From: a virus
Taxonomy: Duplodnaviria > Caudoviricetes
Reading direction: 5' to 3' (one strand)
DNA: 64,000 nt
Virus record (IMG/VR): IMGVR_UViG_3300017791_000207
Location: 51,288 to 115,287 of that record
The notes beneath the pieces are model-generated. The model was not told the origin of the DNA. It was given only the letters and a program-made list of their open reading frames with translations, and searched no databases. The position numbers and the translations under genes are program-made. Shown in pieces: positions 17,628 to 26,471 of the stretch; the first letter of the stretch is position 1, and each line of letters starts with the position of its first letter.

Positions 17628-18569
17628 ATGGCTAGAGATTACAAAAGAAACAAATTTTCAGGTATTTATCTTATACGTAATAATAACAATGGTAAATGTT
17701 ATGTTGGATCATCCGTACATATTCTTTATAGAATACAACTTCACCAGAGTAAGCTTCGCAATAATAAAAATAATCATCATCCATACCTACAAAAAGAATA
17801 TAACGAATTTAATGGTGAAAATTTTGAATTTATCATCTTAGAATCTTTTATCGAAGGTATTAGTCTCGAAGAACTAAGAGAAAAAGAGTGGAGTTACATG
17901 GAAGGGTACGAAACATTTAATCCTGATAAAGGTTATAATCAAACTCATCCTGTGACTCGTGAACATTTTTATAAGTTACCAACTACTAGAACTTGTCGTT
18001 ATAATCCTATAATATGTATTAGCGTAGATTCTATAATTGAATTTAGTAACTCACAAGAGGCTTCTGAAAAATTAGGGTTGATTAAAAAGAAGATAGAAGA
18101 TTGCTGCTCTTATTGGAATAATTTAGATTCCAGAAAAAGATACCTCAAGAAAAGTCATAAAGGTTATATTTTCGTTAAAAAGTCAATATACAATCCAGAA
18201 TTTGATTATTTAAATTATAAAAAAGATCCTGTAAGAACTGCTCCTCCACGCCCTAAAAAAGAAAGAGTTTATGAAAAAATAGAAAGAACCTATAGATTAT
18301 CTCCTAATGCTAAACCAATAAGATTAGAAAAAGATAGTGAATTTTTATACTTCTCCTCAATTAAGGAATGTGTAAGAGTGATGGGTATGTTAGATTCTAA
18401 AATAAGACATGCTCTTAAACAGGAGTATAAGCAACGCTCACACCATGGTTATTGGTTTAAGTCTATTACAATAGAAGAGTATTTAGAACATAGATGTTTT
18501 GATGATATAGTTTTACCTGAGAAATCAAAACATCTTAGGAATGTGACATCAGATACATTCCTCCCATAA
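17628..18569 (+). CDS. GIY-YIG homing endonuclease with NUMOD1-like HTH repeats
   Basis: SGIYLIRN...YVGSS...R...H...E...GYN; FSNSQEASEKLG and FSSIKECVRVMG repeats. Confidence 0.9.
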   Translation: MARDYKRNKFSGIYLIRNNNNGKCYVGSSVHILYRIQLHQSKLRNNKNNHHPYLQKEYNEFNGENFEFIILESFIEGISLEELREKEWSYMEGYETFNPDKGYNQTHPVTREHFYKLPTTRTCRYNPIICISVDSIIEFSNSQEASEKLGLIKKKIEDCCSYWNNLDSRKRYLKKSHKGYIFVKKSIYNPEFDYLNYKKDPVRTAPPRPKKERVYEKIERTYRLSPNAKPIRLEKDSEFLYFSSIKECVRVMGMLDSKIRHALKQEYKQRSHHGYWFKSITIEEYLEHRCFDDIVLPEKSKHLRNVTSDTFLP

Positions 18570-18682
18570 GGCAATTTAATACCTCTGATAAGATAGGGGG
18601 GACATTTTTATAATAATCTAATTGGGATAGGGCTTTTTATATACCTATCTATAGGTATTTTTAGAAGATATATTAGTTAGTT

Positions 18683-18714
18683 CTTGGTAGTTTAAAATAT
18701 TTACCATATATTTG
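18683..18714 (+). promoter_or_regulatory. Bacteroidota-type promoter, probably giving a leaderless mRNA
   Basis: CTTG-N20-TATATTTG ending 4 nt before ATG 18719. Confidence 0.6.
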
Positions 18715-18718
18715 CAGT

Positions 18719-19963
18719 ATGGACATTCTACAAAATCAATTATTTACAGGAGGTATTCTCCTTGGAGGTATAACTACTTTATTATATTCACTTAAACACC
18801 TCGGTGAAAAGGTACTTGTCAAACTTAAGGATAGGTTTATATTCAGGGTTGTTATTTATGACTATGATGAATTGTTTTATGTATTGGAAGATTATATTCT
18901 GAGTAATCACCCGAAAAAGTATAAGAATCTCGAAGTAAGCTATGAGAAAACAAGAAGGTGGACAAGAGGTATTGATGATGAAGAAACTGTATCAAAGTAT
19001 AGAAAACTATTCTATAAACAAGAACCTAATATATTCACTATTAAATACAAAGGTAAGAGACTCTTCTTTTCCAAGGATAAAAAGGAACTAGAACATGCCA
19101 CTGATTTTAGGAGTATGTTAAACTTTCACTATTCTATTTCTGCATGGAGAGGTCAGAAGATTATCAAGGAATTGATGGAGGATTTAACTACATCTTACAA
19201 TAAGACCTTAAATGAAGGTAAGATTAATGTTTATACTACCATTCAGGATGATTGGAGGATTTCCAATAAAAAGTACGTCAAGACTATTGACAAGGTAATT
19301 TTAAATGGTGATACCAAAAACTTTATTGTCAAGGATCTGAATCAGTTCAAGGAAGATAAAGCATGGTACAAGAATGTCAATATTACCTATAAAAGGTCTT
19401 ATTTACTTTATGGACCGCCAGGCACAGGTAAAACGACATTAGCTCAGGCAATTGCTTCCTACTGCGAAAGGGATATTTGTTGCTTGAATCTTAATAGCAT
19501 TCAGAGTGATACGATGTTGATTAGTTTATTTTCAAAGATACCTGATAATACAGTTTTGGTTATTGAAGATATTGATTGTGTATTTAAGAAGAGAATTCCT
19601 ACATCCAAGGATATTAAGATAACTTTCTCATGTCTTCTTAATTGTCTTGATGGTATTATATCCAAAGACAATATAATAACTATTGTTACCACTAATCATA
19701 TAGAGAATTTAGATGAAGCTTTAATTAGAGCAGGTAGAATGGATGTTCAATTAGAAATACCATTGGCTCAAACACAAGAAGTAAACGAATATCTGACTTT
19801 ATTTTACTCTGAAAAAATAGAAATAGATACTGACATACTCCTCAATATGAGCAAAGTTCAAGAGATATGTATTCAGAATAAAGAAAATAGTTTCCAAGCA
19901 ATAAATGATATTCTACTAAATAATAAGTTACAAGAAGTTCATTCTAATATCTGCCTCAGTTAA
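18719..19963 (+). CDS. BCS1-like membrane-anchored AAA+ ATPase
   Basis: N-terminal TM segment; YKRSYLLYGPPGTGKT, VIEDID, TFSCLLNCLDG, TTNHIENLDEALIRAGRMD. Confidence 0.85.
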   Translation: MDILQNQLFTGGILLGGITTLLYSLKHLGEKVLVKLKDRFIFRVVIYDYDELFYVLEDYILSNHPKKYKNLEVSYEKTRRWTRGIDDEETVSKYRKLFYKQEPNIFTIKYKGKRLFFSKDKKELEHATDFRSMLNFHYSISAWRGQKIIKELMEDLTTSYNKTLNEGKINVYTTIQDDWRISNKKYVKTIDKVILNGDTKNFIVKDLNQFKEDKAWYKNVNITYKRSYLLYGPPGTGKTTLAQAIASYCERDICCLNLNSIQSDTMLISLFSKIPDNTVLVIEDIDCVFKKRIPTSKDIKITFSCLLNCLDGIISKDNIITIVTTNHIENLDEALIRAGRMDVQLEIPLAQTQEVNEYLTLFYSEKIEIDTDILLNMSKVQEICIQNKENSFQAINDILLNNKLQEVHSNICLS

Positions 19964-20047
19964 GGTAGTAACTAATAAAGTTTATAGCTCTCCGTCAGAA
20001 ATGATTGAGGGTTTTCTTTTTCTATTTACAAAATAATTAACAAAATA

Positions 20048-20079
20048 TTTGGTTAATTCAATTATTTAACATACCTTTG
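20048..20079 (+). promoter_or_regulatory. Bacteroidota-type promoter
   Basis: TTTG-N20-TACCTTTG. Confidence 0.65.
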
Positions 20080-20096
20080 TATCAATAAAAGTAAAA

Positions 20097-20225
20097 ATGC
20101 AATACTTAATAGAAATAACAATGGGAGAAGTGAAAGCTTCTTATTGGGTAGATGATCCTCCTGATATCTTAGATTTGGAGAGTAAATACCCTAATGCCAA
20201 AGTTGTAATAACACCTCAGGAATGA
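20097..20225 (+). CDS. 42-aa hypothetical protein, absent from the ORF track
   Basis: MQYLIEITMGEV...; follows promoter; ATGA overlap with next gene. Confidence 0.55.
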   Translation: MQYLIEITMGEVKASYWVDDPPDILDLESKYPNAKVVITPQE

Positions 20226-20461
20226 CAAAGAAAGAATTTTTAAAGGATTGTGATCCTAATATTTTAAAATACTCAATTACAACAGTTCAAGAAAAAGACG
20301 GTAGTTTAGTAGAAGGTATTCTTTTAAGAATAGGTAAAACTCAAAAACAAATTCAAAAAGAGGTTTGTGAACATGATAATAAGTGTTCTTTAACATTTCA
20401 AGAATTTGAAATTTTACTTACAGAAAAAGAATTAGAACACTTATTAAAACAAGTTCAGTAA
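20222..20461 (+). CDS. Hypothetical protein
   Basis: Coupled ORF. Confidence 0.6.
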   Translation: MTKKEFLKDCDPNILKYSITTVQEKDGSLVEGILLRIGKTQKQIQKEVCEHDNKCSLTFQEFEILLTEKELEHLLKQVQ

Positions 20462-20646
20462 TGAAACATAATTTATATATGCTCAAAGGTAATCTTCCAA
20501 ATGGAGAACCTATTGAAGAGATTTTAAGGTCTAAGACCAATCGTACAGGTAAAGTAGTATCACAGGTAGAATCTGCCCTCCATCATAAGTATGGTATCGT
20601 ACTACAAGAATTAACTGATGTAACCATAAGCAAAATTATAAGATGA
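20461..20646 (+). CDS. Hypothetical protein
   Basis: TAATG and ATGA coupling. Confidence 0.6.
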   Translation: MKHNLYMLKGNLPNGEPIEEILRSKTNRTGKVVSQVESALHHKYGIVLQELTDVTISKIIR

Positions 20647-20906
20647 AAACAGTAGGTAATAAAATAGTAGTTAAACAAATCAAGAATGAATCTAAGACCG
20701 AAGGTGGTATCATTATTCCTGATGAAGTAGATAATACTTCGCAAAGAGGTGTAGTAATCCTGACAGGTCCAGGTAATCACAATCAAGATTTAATCGTTAA
20801 AACAGGCGATAATATCATTTATCGTAAGGGTTGTGGTTCACCAATCAAGGTAGATGATGAAGACCTGTTAGTAATGGTTGAAACTGATATCCTTGTAATT
20901 CTATAA
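20643..20906 (+). CDS. groES: Co-chaperonin GroES (Cpn10)
   Basis: KTEGGIIIPD mobile loop, RGVVILTGPG, VKTGDNI, ETDIL. Confidence 0.9.
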   Translation: MKTVGNKIVVKQIKNESKTEGGIIIPDEVDNTSQRGVVILTGPGNHNQDLIVKTGDNIIYRKGCGSPIKVDDEDLLVMVETDILVIL

Positions 20907-20924
20907 TAAAATATATTCTATCTA

Positions 20925-21317
20925 ATGAGTAACTTATATATTAAAATACCAATTCACACCTATAAAGGTTCCGAACTGAATAATTTCGAAAAGAACGAAA
21001 TGGAAGGTGATGATGAAATAAAAAGACTTCAGAAACGTGGCGCATACTATGAACCTGAAAATCCTGAAATTAAGCCTGTTATTACATGGATGAGAATCCC
21101 ATACGATGATTTTAATGGTGTTGTATATGATTCTACATCAGCCATCGAAAATACCGAAGAAGAGTTTGAAACAGGTTATTTTACTTCCTCAATGCTAATG
21201 TTCCGTGATGGATTCTCTGTTACTTGTGCTTGGACAGTCGAAGAATTAGAGGATGTTCTGATTCAATATGGTGTAGTTTCTCCTCTTGTAAGGAATCAGA
21301 AAGAAACACTTAAATAA
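20925..21317 (+). CDS. Acidic hypothetical protein
   Basis: 130-aa ORF. Confidence 0.65.
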   Translation: MSNLYIKIPIHTYKGSELNNFEKNEMEGDDEIKRLQKRGAYYEPENPEIKPVITWMRIPYDDFNGVVYDSTSAIENTEEEFETGYFTSSMLMFRDGFSVTCAWTVEELEDVLIQYGVVSPLVRNQKETLK

Positions 21318-21391
21318 CTAAACTATCCAAATTTAAATAGTAAAAAAGTGCTATTTATCATAAAATAGTTTACTTTTGTAATATTAACAAG

Positions 21392-21766
21392 ATGTTAGAT
21401 ATAAAATTACATAAAAAATATGAGGATATATATGAATTGTACCTGAGATTCTTCTCAATACTCATGACCATGAATAATATTCATCTGACTAAATCAGAAC
21501 TGAATCTTATCTCATTCATTGCAGTACATGACAATATATCCAATATTAAAACAAGGAAGGATTACATCACCAAGTATGAGACTACCCGTCATACCCTCAA
21601 CAATAATATTTCTGACCTAAGTAAGAAAGGTTACCTTACCAAGGATGCTGATAAGAAGGTTAGACTGATACCCTCGCTTAGGATTGGTAAAGATGAAGCT
21701 CTCAAGATGCATATTACCCTTCAAACAAACAATTATAATGAGGAAGATAGAAAAGGATCTGAGTGA
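21392..21766 (+). CDS. Winged-HTH DNA-binding protein
   Basis: LTKSELNLI...TTRHTLNNNISDLSKKGYL. Confidence 0.65.
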   Translation: MLDIKLHKKYEDIYELYLRFFSILMTMNNIHLTKSELNLISFIAVHDNISNIKTRKDYITKYETTRHTLNNNISDLSKKGYLTKDADKKVRLIPSLRIGKDEALKMHITLQTNNYNEEDRKGSE

Positions 21767-22046
21767 GGAGTTTGGACTTACCAAAGAGGAAATTAAAACT
21801 ATTGTTATGTTCTCCTATGCTGAGTTAGGCCGACAACTTTATTCTGATGGATTAGAATATGAAATATCAGGTCTTGGTGTCCTTTCTGTCAAGGGTAATA
21901 AGGTTATGGAACAGGCACTCAAACAAAAGATGAATCCTCTATATCCTGAAAATGCCAAATCAGATATTGCTTTATCACTCCGACTTAAGATTGACCGCCT
22001 AAAAGAAATACATAATTCCAAACCAAATATAAAATATAATGAGTAA
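21738..22046 (+). CDS. HU/IHF-like protein
   Basis: LSEEFGLTKEEIKTIV...EISGLGVLSVK. Confidence 0.55.
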   Translation: MRKIEKDLSEEFGLTKEEIKTIVMFSYAELGRQLYSDGLEYEISGLGVLSVKGNKVMEQALKQKMNPLYPENAKSDIALSLRLKIDRLKEIHNSKPNIKYNE

Positions 22047-22401
22047 TATTTTCATGAATGATAATGATTTTGAAATAGAAATGAGAGAATCATGGATTCA
22101 TTATAAAAATGGAACTCCTAAATTGGAAGATTCAGAACCTGTGATGTTTGATGACTATCATACAGAAAAAGGATTTGTCTATCCTGAAATAGATTTACCA
22201 TTTAATTTTAGGGAAGAGTTGGTTATGTATTTTAATTCAGCAGTAATCTTTGGTGGAGGAAGTTTAGAACTATATGAGACAAGAGAAGCAGCCTTAAATA
22301 AGGAAGGATTTAAATCTCATGAGAGAAAATTCAAAACTTTAGGTGAAGCTAAAAGAGATGCTGGTCAATACAAAAAATTAGTTTTAATTGATTGTGTATA
22401 A
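22039..22401 (+). CDS. Hypothetical protein
   Basis: 120-aa ORF. Confidence 0.6.
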   Translation: MSNIFMNDNDFEIEMRESWIHYKNGTPKLEDSEPVMFDDYHTEKGFVYPEIDLPFNFREELVMYFNSAVIFGGGSLELYETREAALNKEGFKSHERKFKTLGEAKRDAGQYKKLVLIDCV

Positions 22402-22410
22402 ATAATAGAT

Positions 22411-22650
22411 ATGTTTAAAATTATAAAAGGAATTCTAAATCACCTATTTGGTAGAAATAAAAGACTTTCGGAAAAGAGATTACAGATTTGCAAAGGATGT
22501 GATTACTACGATAAGAATGGTGAATCTGAATTAGCTGTATTTCCCAATACCCCTGCTTGCTCATTGTGTGGCTGTGTACTAAAATGGAAAACTTCTATAC
22601 CTTCTGAAAAGTGCACGATGGCAGAGTTTAACCAAGAACCTAAATGGTAA
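22411..22650 (+). CDS. Small Cys-rich zinc-binding protein
   Basis: RLQICKGC...CSLCGC...KT...C...KW. Confidence 0.7.
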   Translation: MFKIIKGILNHLFGRNKRLSEKRLQICKGCDYYDKNGESELAVFPNTPACSLCGCVLKWKTSIPSEKCTMAEFNQEPKW

Positions 22651-22733
22651 CTATAAGTATATTATAATAGACATTTTTGGTTGAAATACTCATTTTGCAT
22701 ATTATAATAGACTCTTAGACAAAAAGTAAAATT

Positions 22734-23018
22734 ATGAAAAGTAACAAGACAGATAAAGACTATATCAAGGAGATATTAGATGACCTTAAGGAATTGGGTA
22801 AGGAATTTCCGCATGAACCACTTACAAGACATTTAGGTTTGGCAACAGCAGCTTATTCACATATTGAACAAGTACCATCCAACAAAGAACTTGCATATCT
22901 ACTTAACCAATATTACCAAGGTAAGAAATTAGAATTAGATTCTCAGTTGATTACTTTTGATAAAGAGATTACAGATTTCAATACAGATGACTTTGATGAT
23001 TTGGATGATGACTACTAA
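22734..23018 (+). CDS. Hypothetical protein with acidic tail
   Basis: 94-aa ORF. Confidence 0.6.
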   Translation: MKSNKTDKDYIKEILDDLKELGKEFPHEPLTRHLGLATAAYSHIEQVPSNKELAYLLNQYYQGKKLELDSQLITFDKEITDFNTDDFDDLDDDY

Positions 23019-23061
23019 GTGTTCAATAAATTAAGTCCGTTCATTAAAAACAAATACAACG

Positions 23062-23352
23062 ATGGCTAAGAATTCCTTTATAGATCAGGATATTGAATGG
23101 TGTGAAAAAAGACTCCAAGAGTGGCAAAAATTTGTTGAGGATAATCCTGTAAATGAATTAAAAACACAAATAGAAGTAGTAAATGGAAAAGAAATGGTTG
23201 TAGCAACTATACAAGCCCAAGGTAAGTTCATACAAGAAACTATGAAGAACATAATTGCTATGACTGAAGCCTTAGATAAACTTCGTGAAAAAGAAGCTGC
23301 TAAAATAGAAGCAAGAGGTGGAGGAGATATTCCTTTTAGAATGCGTAAATAA
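23062..23352 (+). CDS. Small helical protein coupled to terL (terminase small subunit candidate)
   Basis: TAATG overlap with terL; assignment from position only. Confidence 0.45.
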   Translation: MAKNSFIDQDIEWCEKRLQEWQKFVEDNPVNELKTQIEVVNGKEMVVATIQAQGKFIQETMKNIIAMTEALDKLREKEAAKIEARGGGDIPFRMRK

Positions 23353-26300
23353 TGGAAATAAAGACTACAGAGTTTTTTAAAAATATAAAAAAACTTCCTC
23401 CTATAGGTTCAAAGGAATTTGAAGACCTTGTTAAATGGGAGGAGGAGAAGTGTTTAGGTGGTGTTACTGTTAATGGATATCCTATTTCAGGATTTCTATA
23501 TTGGTATCTAAATCACTGGAATATACGTATTGATTTACCTCCTGATGAGAATGGAAATATTCCAAGGATAAAATCCTTACCTCATCTAAGAGACAATGAA
23601 ATAGTTGTATGCGAAGGTCTCGAAACTGGACGCAGAGAGCAAAAAGGTTACCTGCAAATAGGTGGACGCCAGCTGGGGAAGTCCGAAATTGAGGCTGCCT
23701 ATTGTGGTATGTCTGCAACTCTATACGAAAATAGTCAGAATATTATCGTAGCAGGTAATGATGCCGATTTAGCCTTGATGAGGGATAAGGTAGATTTTGG
23801 ACTAAAGAATCTTTGGGAAGGATTAAAAATTCCTCGTCTTGATAAGACATGGAAAGATAATATGGTTCGCCTTGGTTTTAAACATAAAGATGGTGAAGAT
23901 GATATTTGGTCTTATTTAGTTATTCGTAATGCTAAAGACGGTCATAACACCGAAACTGCCGCAGGTACAACTGCAAAGTCTTTTATTCTTGATGAAGCTT
24001 TAGAAGAAAATGAATTACTTTACCAAACAACAGGTGAGATAAAAATAAAAGATGTTAAGATAGGAGATAAAATATTTGATGATAAAGGCAATCTTACAAA
24101 AGTAATAGATAAAGTTGATGTTGGAATTGTTGACTTATGGGAATTTACTTTTAAGGACGGTAGAAAAATAACTTCTTCAGGAGATCATATTTGGTCTTTA
24201 TATAATAACCATCTTAATAGATATATTGAAATTACAACTAAAGACCTTGTAGATAAAGGTTTTTATTATGATAAATTTGATAGTCGTTATAATAAACATG
24301 CTCGCTGTTTTACTTATTCTGTAAAGAATGCAAATGCAGTTGATTATCAACCAAAAGATTTAGAAGTAGATCCTTACTATCTTGGCTGTTGGTTGGGTGA
24401 TGGAACATCTTCAAAACCAACAGAAGTTTGTTCAATAGATGATTACATAATAGAGTATTGCGAAAAAATAGGAAAACATTTTAATCTAAAACCAAGAATA
24501 ACTACAGATAAAAGTAAGAATGAAAAATTCAGAAATATAAATTTAGCTAAACAAGGTGGGTATAAAAATATACTTACTACTCTGTTTGAGGAAATGAATT
24601 TGGTTAATAATAAACATATTCCATATAAATATTTATATGGTTCCTATGCTGATAGATTAGCCTTATTACAAGGTTTGATGGACACCGATGGGAGTATGTC
24701 TGAAACAGGTATGATAGAGTTTAGCTCATCTTTTCCTAAATTAGCTGATGACTTTGAAAAATTATGTAGAAGTTTAGGTATTAGTATTAGAAGGTCAATA
24801 AAGGAAACTTATTATATTTATAAAGGAGAAAGAAAAAGAGGTAAGGATACACATAGATTTAAACTTTATACAGGTATAAGAGTTTTCAGATTACAAAGAA
24901 AAATAGAAAGATATAATTTATCAAGAAGAAATAACAATAGTAAAAAACAAAAAGCTTATAAAGAACGATGTCCTTTAATTAATATTGAATATAAAGGTAA
25001 GGGTCAAGCTTACTGTATAAAAGTAGATAACGAAAGTAAACTATTTCTTACAACAGGTTATACTATAACTCATAACTGTGGTAAATTTCCTTTTGCACAG
25101 GCATTTGAAGCTGCTAAACCTGCGTTTAATTCAGCTTATGGATGGAGGGCAGTGCCAATTTTAATGGGTACTGGGGGTGCCTTTGAAAAGGGAGCAGATG
25201 CTGAAAGATTCTTCTATAACCCAGAAGCTAATAATCTTGTTTCCTATCTTGATGAGAAGTCAGGCATTAGTACAGGATTATTCTTATCGGGATTATACAG
25301 ACAAGACTGTAAAGATGTAACAAATCTTGCTGACTATCTTACAAGGGTAAAAGGCATGGTTTTAGAAGATACTTCAGAACTCGAAAAAATAGAAATAAGA
25401 GTTACCAATGAAGAAAAGGCTCTTGCCAAGATATTAGAAGAAAGAGAAGAAAAGAAAAAAGATCCTGATCAAACAGAATACCTCAAACAAATCATGTACT
25501 ATCCTCTCACAGTTGAGGAATGTTTCATGACTGTGAATGGTAACTTATATAATGCAGAGGCTGCTCGTGCAAGAATCAAAAAGATTAACTCAGAAGGGAT
25601 TACAGGACAATATGTAGAGGTTTACCATGATGGTACTAAATTAACACATAAGCACTCTCATAAATTACCTGTTTCAACATACCCTGCCAAAAAGACTGAG
25701 AATAAAGATGCTCCTGTAATAATGTGGGAAGCTCCTATGGAAAATCCACCATTTGGTCTATATGTCTTTGGTGCAGATCCATATAGAACTGACCAATCAG
25801 AATGGTCTGAATCATTAGGTTCTATCTACATTTATAAAAGAGTTCACTCAATTGCAGGAGAAGACTTTCAGGATATGTTTGTGGCTTCTTATTGTGCAAG
25901 ACCTAAAACAGTAGAAGAATGGTGTCAGAACGCCATGAATTTAATTGAATACTATAACGCCTATGGTTTAGTTGAGAATGATGACATGGGATTTATCAAT
26001 TGGATTATTCGTAATGGAAAAGAACATCATCTCGCAGCTTCTTTTGATTTCTTGAAATCATATAAACTTGAATCAAAAACATCAAGAACATATGGTATTC
26101 ATCGATCTAATCCTCGTATAGTAACCATTCTTAGAAATAATTTAAAGACATATTTAAATGAAAAGATTGGTGAATTTGTAGATGATAAAGGTGAAAAAAC
26201 AGGAGATATACTTGGTGTGAATAGAATATTTGATACAATGCTCCTTGAAGAAGTATCTAAATTTAATGGTATATTAAATGCGGATAGAGAAGTTGCAGCA

Positions 26301-26462
26301 AGTTTAGCAGTCACTATTGCAAATTATCTTGACCCTGTTATAGGAGTTGTAGGACAAACTAATCAAGATCCAAGATTCAAGGCCATATATTCAAGGAATA
26401 AACTTCCTAAACAAACATTTTCAAATCTAAGAACTCCAACGTTCTCCAAAAGAAAAAGATAA
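23352..26462 (+). CDS. terL: Terminase large subunit, intein-containing
   Basis: GGRQLGKS Walker A, FILDE Walker B, MGTGG, nuclease GADPY; directly upstream of portal. Confidence 0.92.
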   Translation: MEIKTTEFFKNIKKLPPIGSKEFEDLVKWEEEKCLGGVTVNGYPISGFLYWYLNHWNIRIDLPPDENGNIPRIKSLPHLRDNEIVVCEGLETGRREQKGYLQIGGRQLGKSEIEAAYCGMSATLYENSQNIIVAGNDADLALMRDKVDFGLKNLWEGLKIPRLDKTWKDNMVRLGFKHKDGEDDIWSYLVIRNAKDGHNTETAAGTTAKSFILDEALEENELLYQTTGEIKIKDVKIGDKIFDDKGNLTKVIDKVDVGIVDLWEFTFKDGRKITSSGDHIWSLYNNHLNRYIEITTKDLVDKGFYYDKFDSRYNKHARCFTYSVKNANAVDYQPKDLEVDPYYLGCWLGDGTSSKPTEVCSIDDYIIEYCEKIGKHFNLKPRITTDKSKNEKFRNINLAKQGGYKNILTTLFEEMNLVNNKHIPYKYLYGSYADRLALLQGLMDTDGSMSETGMIEFSSSFPKLADDFEKLCRSLGISIRRSIKETYYIYKGERKRGKDTHRFKLYTGIRVFRLQRKIERYNLSRRNNNSKKQKAYKERCPLINIEYKGKGQAYCIKVDNESKLFLTTGYTITHNCGKFPFAQAFEAAKPAFNSAYGWRAVPILMGTGGAFEKGADAERFFYNPEANNLVSYLDEKSGISTGLFLSGLYRQDCKDVTNLADYLTRVKGMVLEDTSELEKIEIRVTNEEKALAKILEEREEKKKDPDQTEYLKQIMYYPLTVEECFMTVNGNLYNAEAARARIKKINSEGITGQYVEVYHDGTKLTHKHSHKLPVSTYPAKKTENKDAPVIMWEAPMENPPFGLYVFGADPYRTDQSEWSESLGSIYIYKRVHSIAGEDFQDMFVASYCARPKTVEEWCQNAMNLIEYYNAYGLVENDDMGFINWIIRNGKEHHLAASFDFLKSYKLESKTSRTYGIHRSNPRIVTILRNNLKTYLNEKIGEFVDDKGEKTGDILGVNRIFDTMLLEEVSKFNGILNADREVAASLAVTIANYLDPVIGVVGQTNQDPRFKAIYSRNKLPKQTFSNLRTPTFSKRKR
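23997..25076 (+). mobile_element. 360-aa class 3 intein with LAGLIDADG endonuclease in TerL
   Basis: Starts Ala (DE|ALEEN), ends ITHN|C; DHIW, AYCIKV, THN form the W-C-T triplet; YLGCWLGDG and LQGLMDTDG. Confidence 0.9.
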
Positions 26463-26471
26463 TACCCTACC

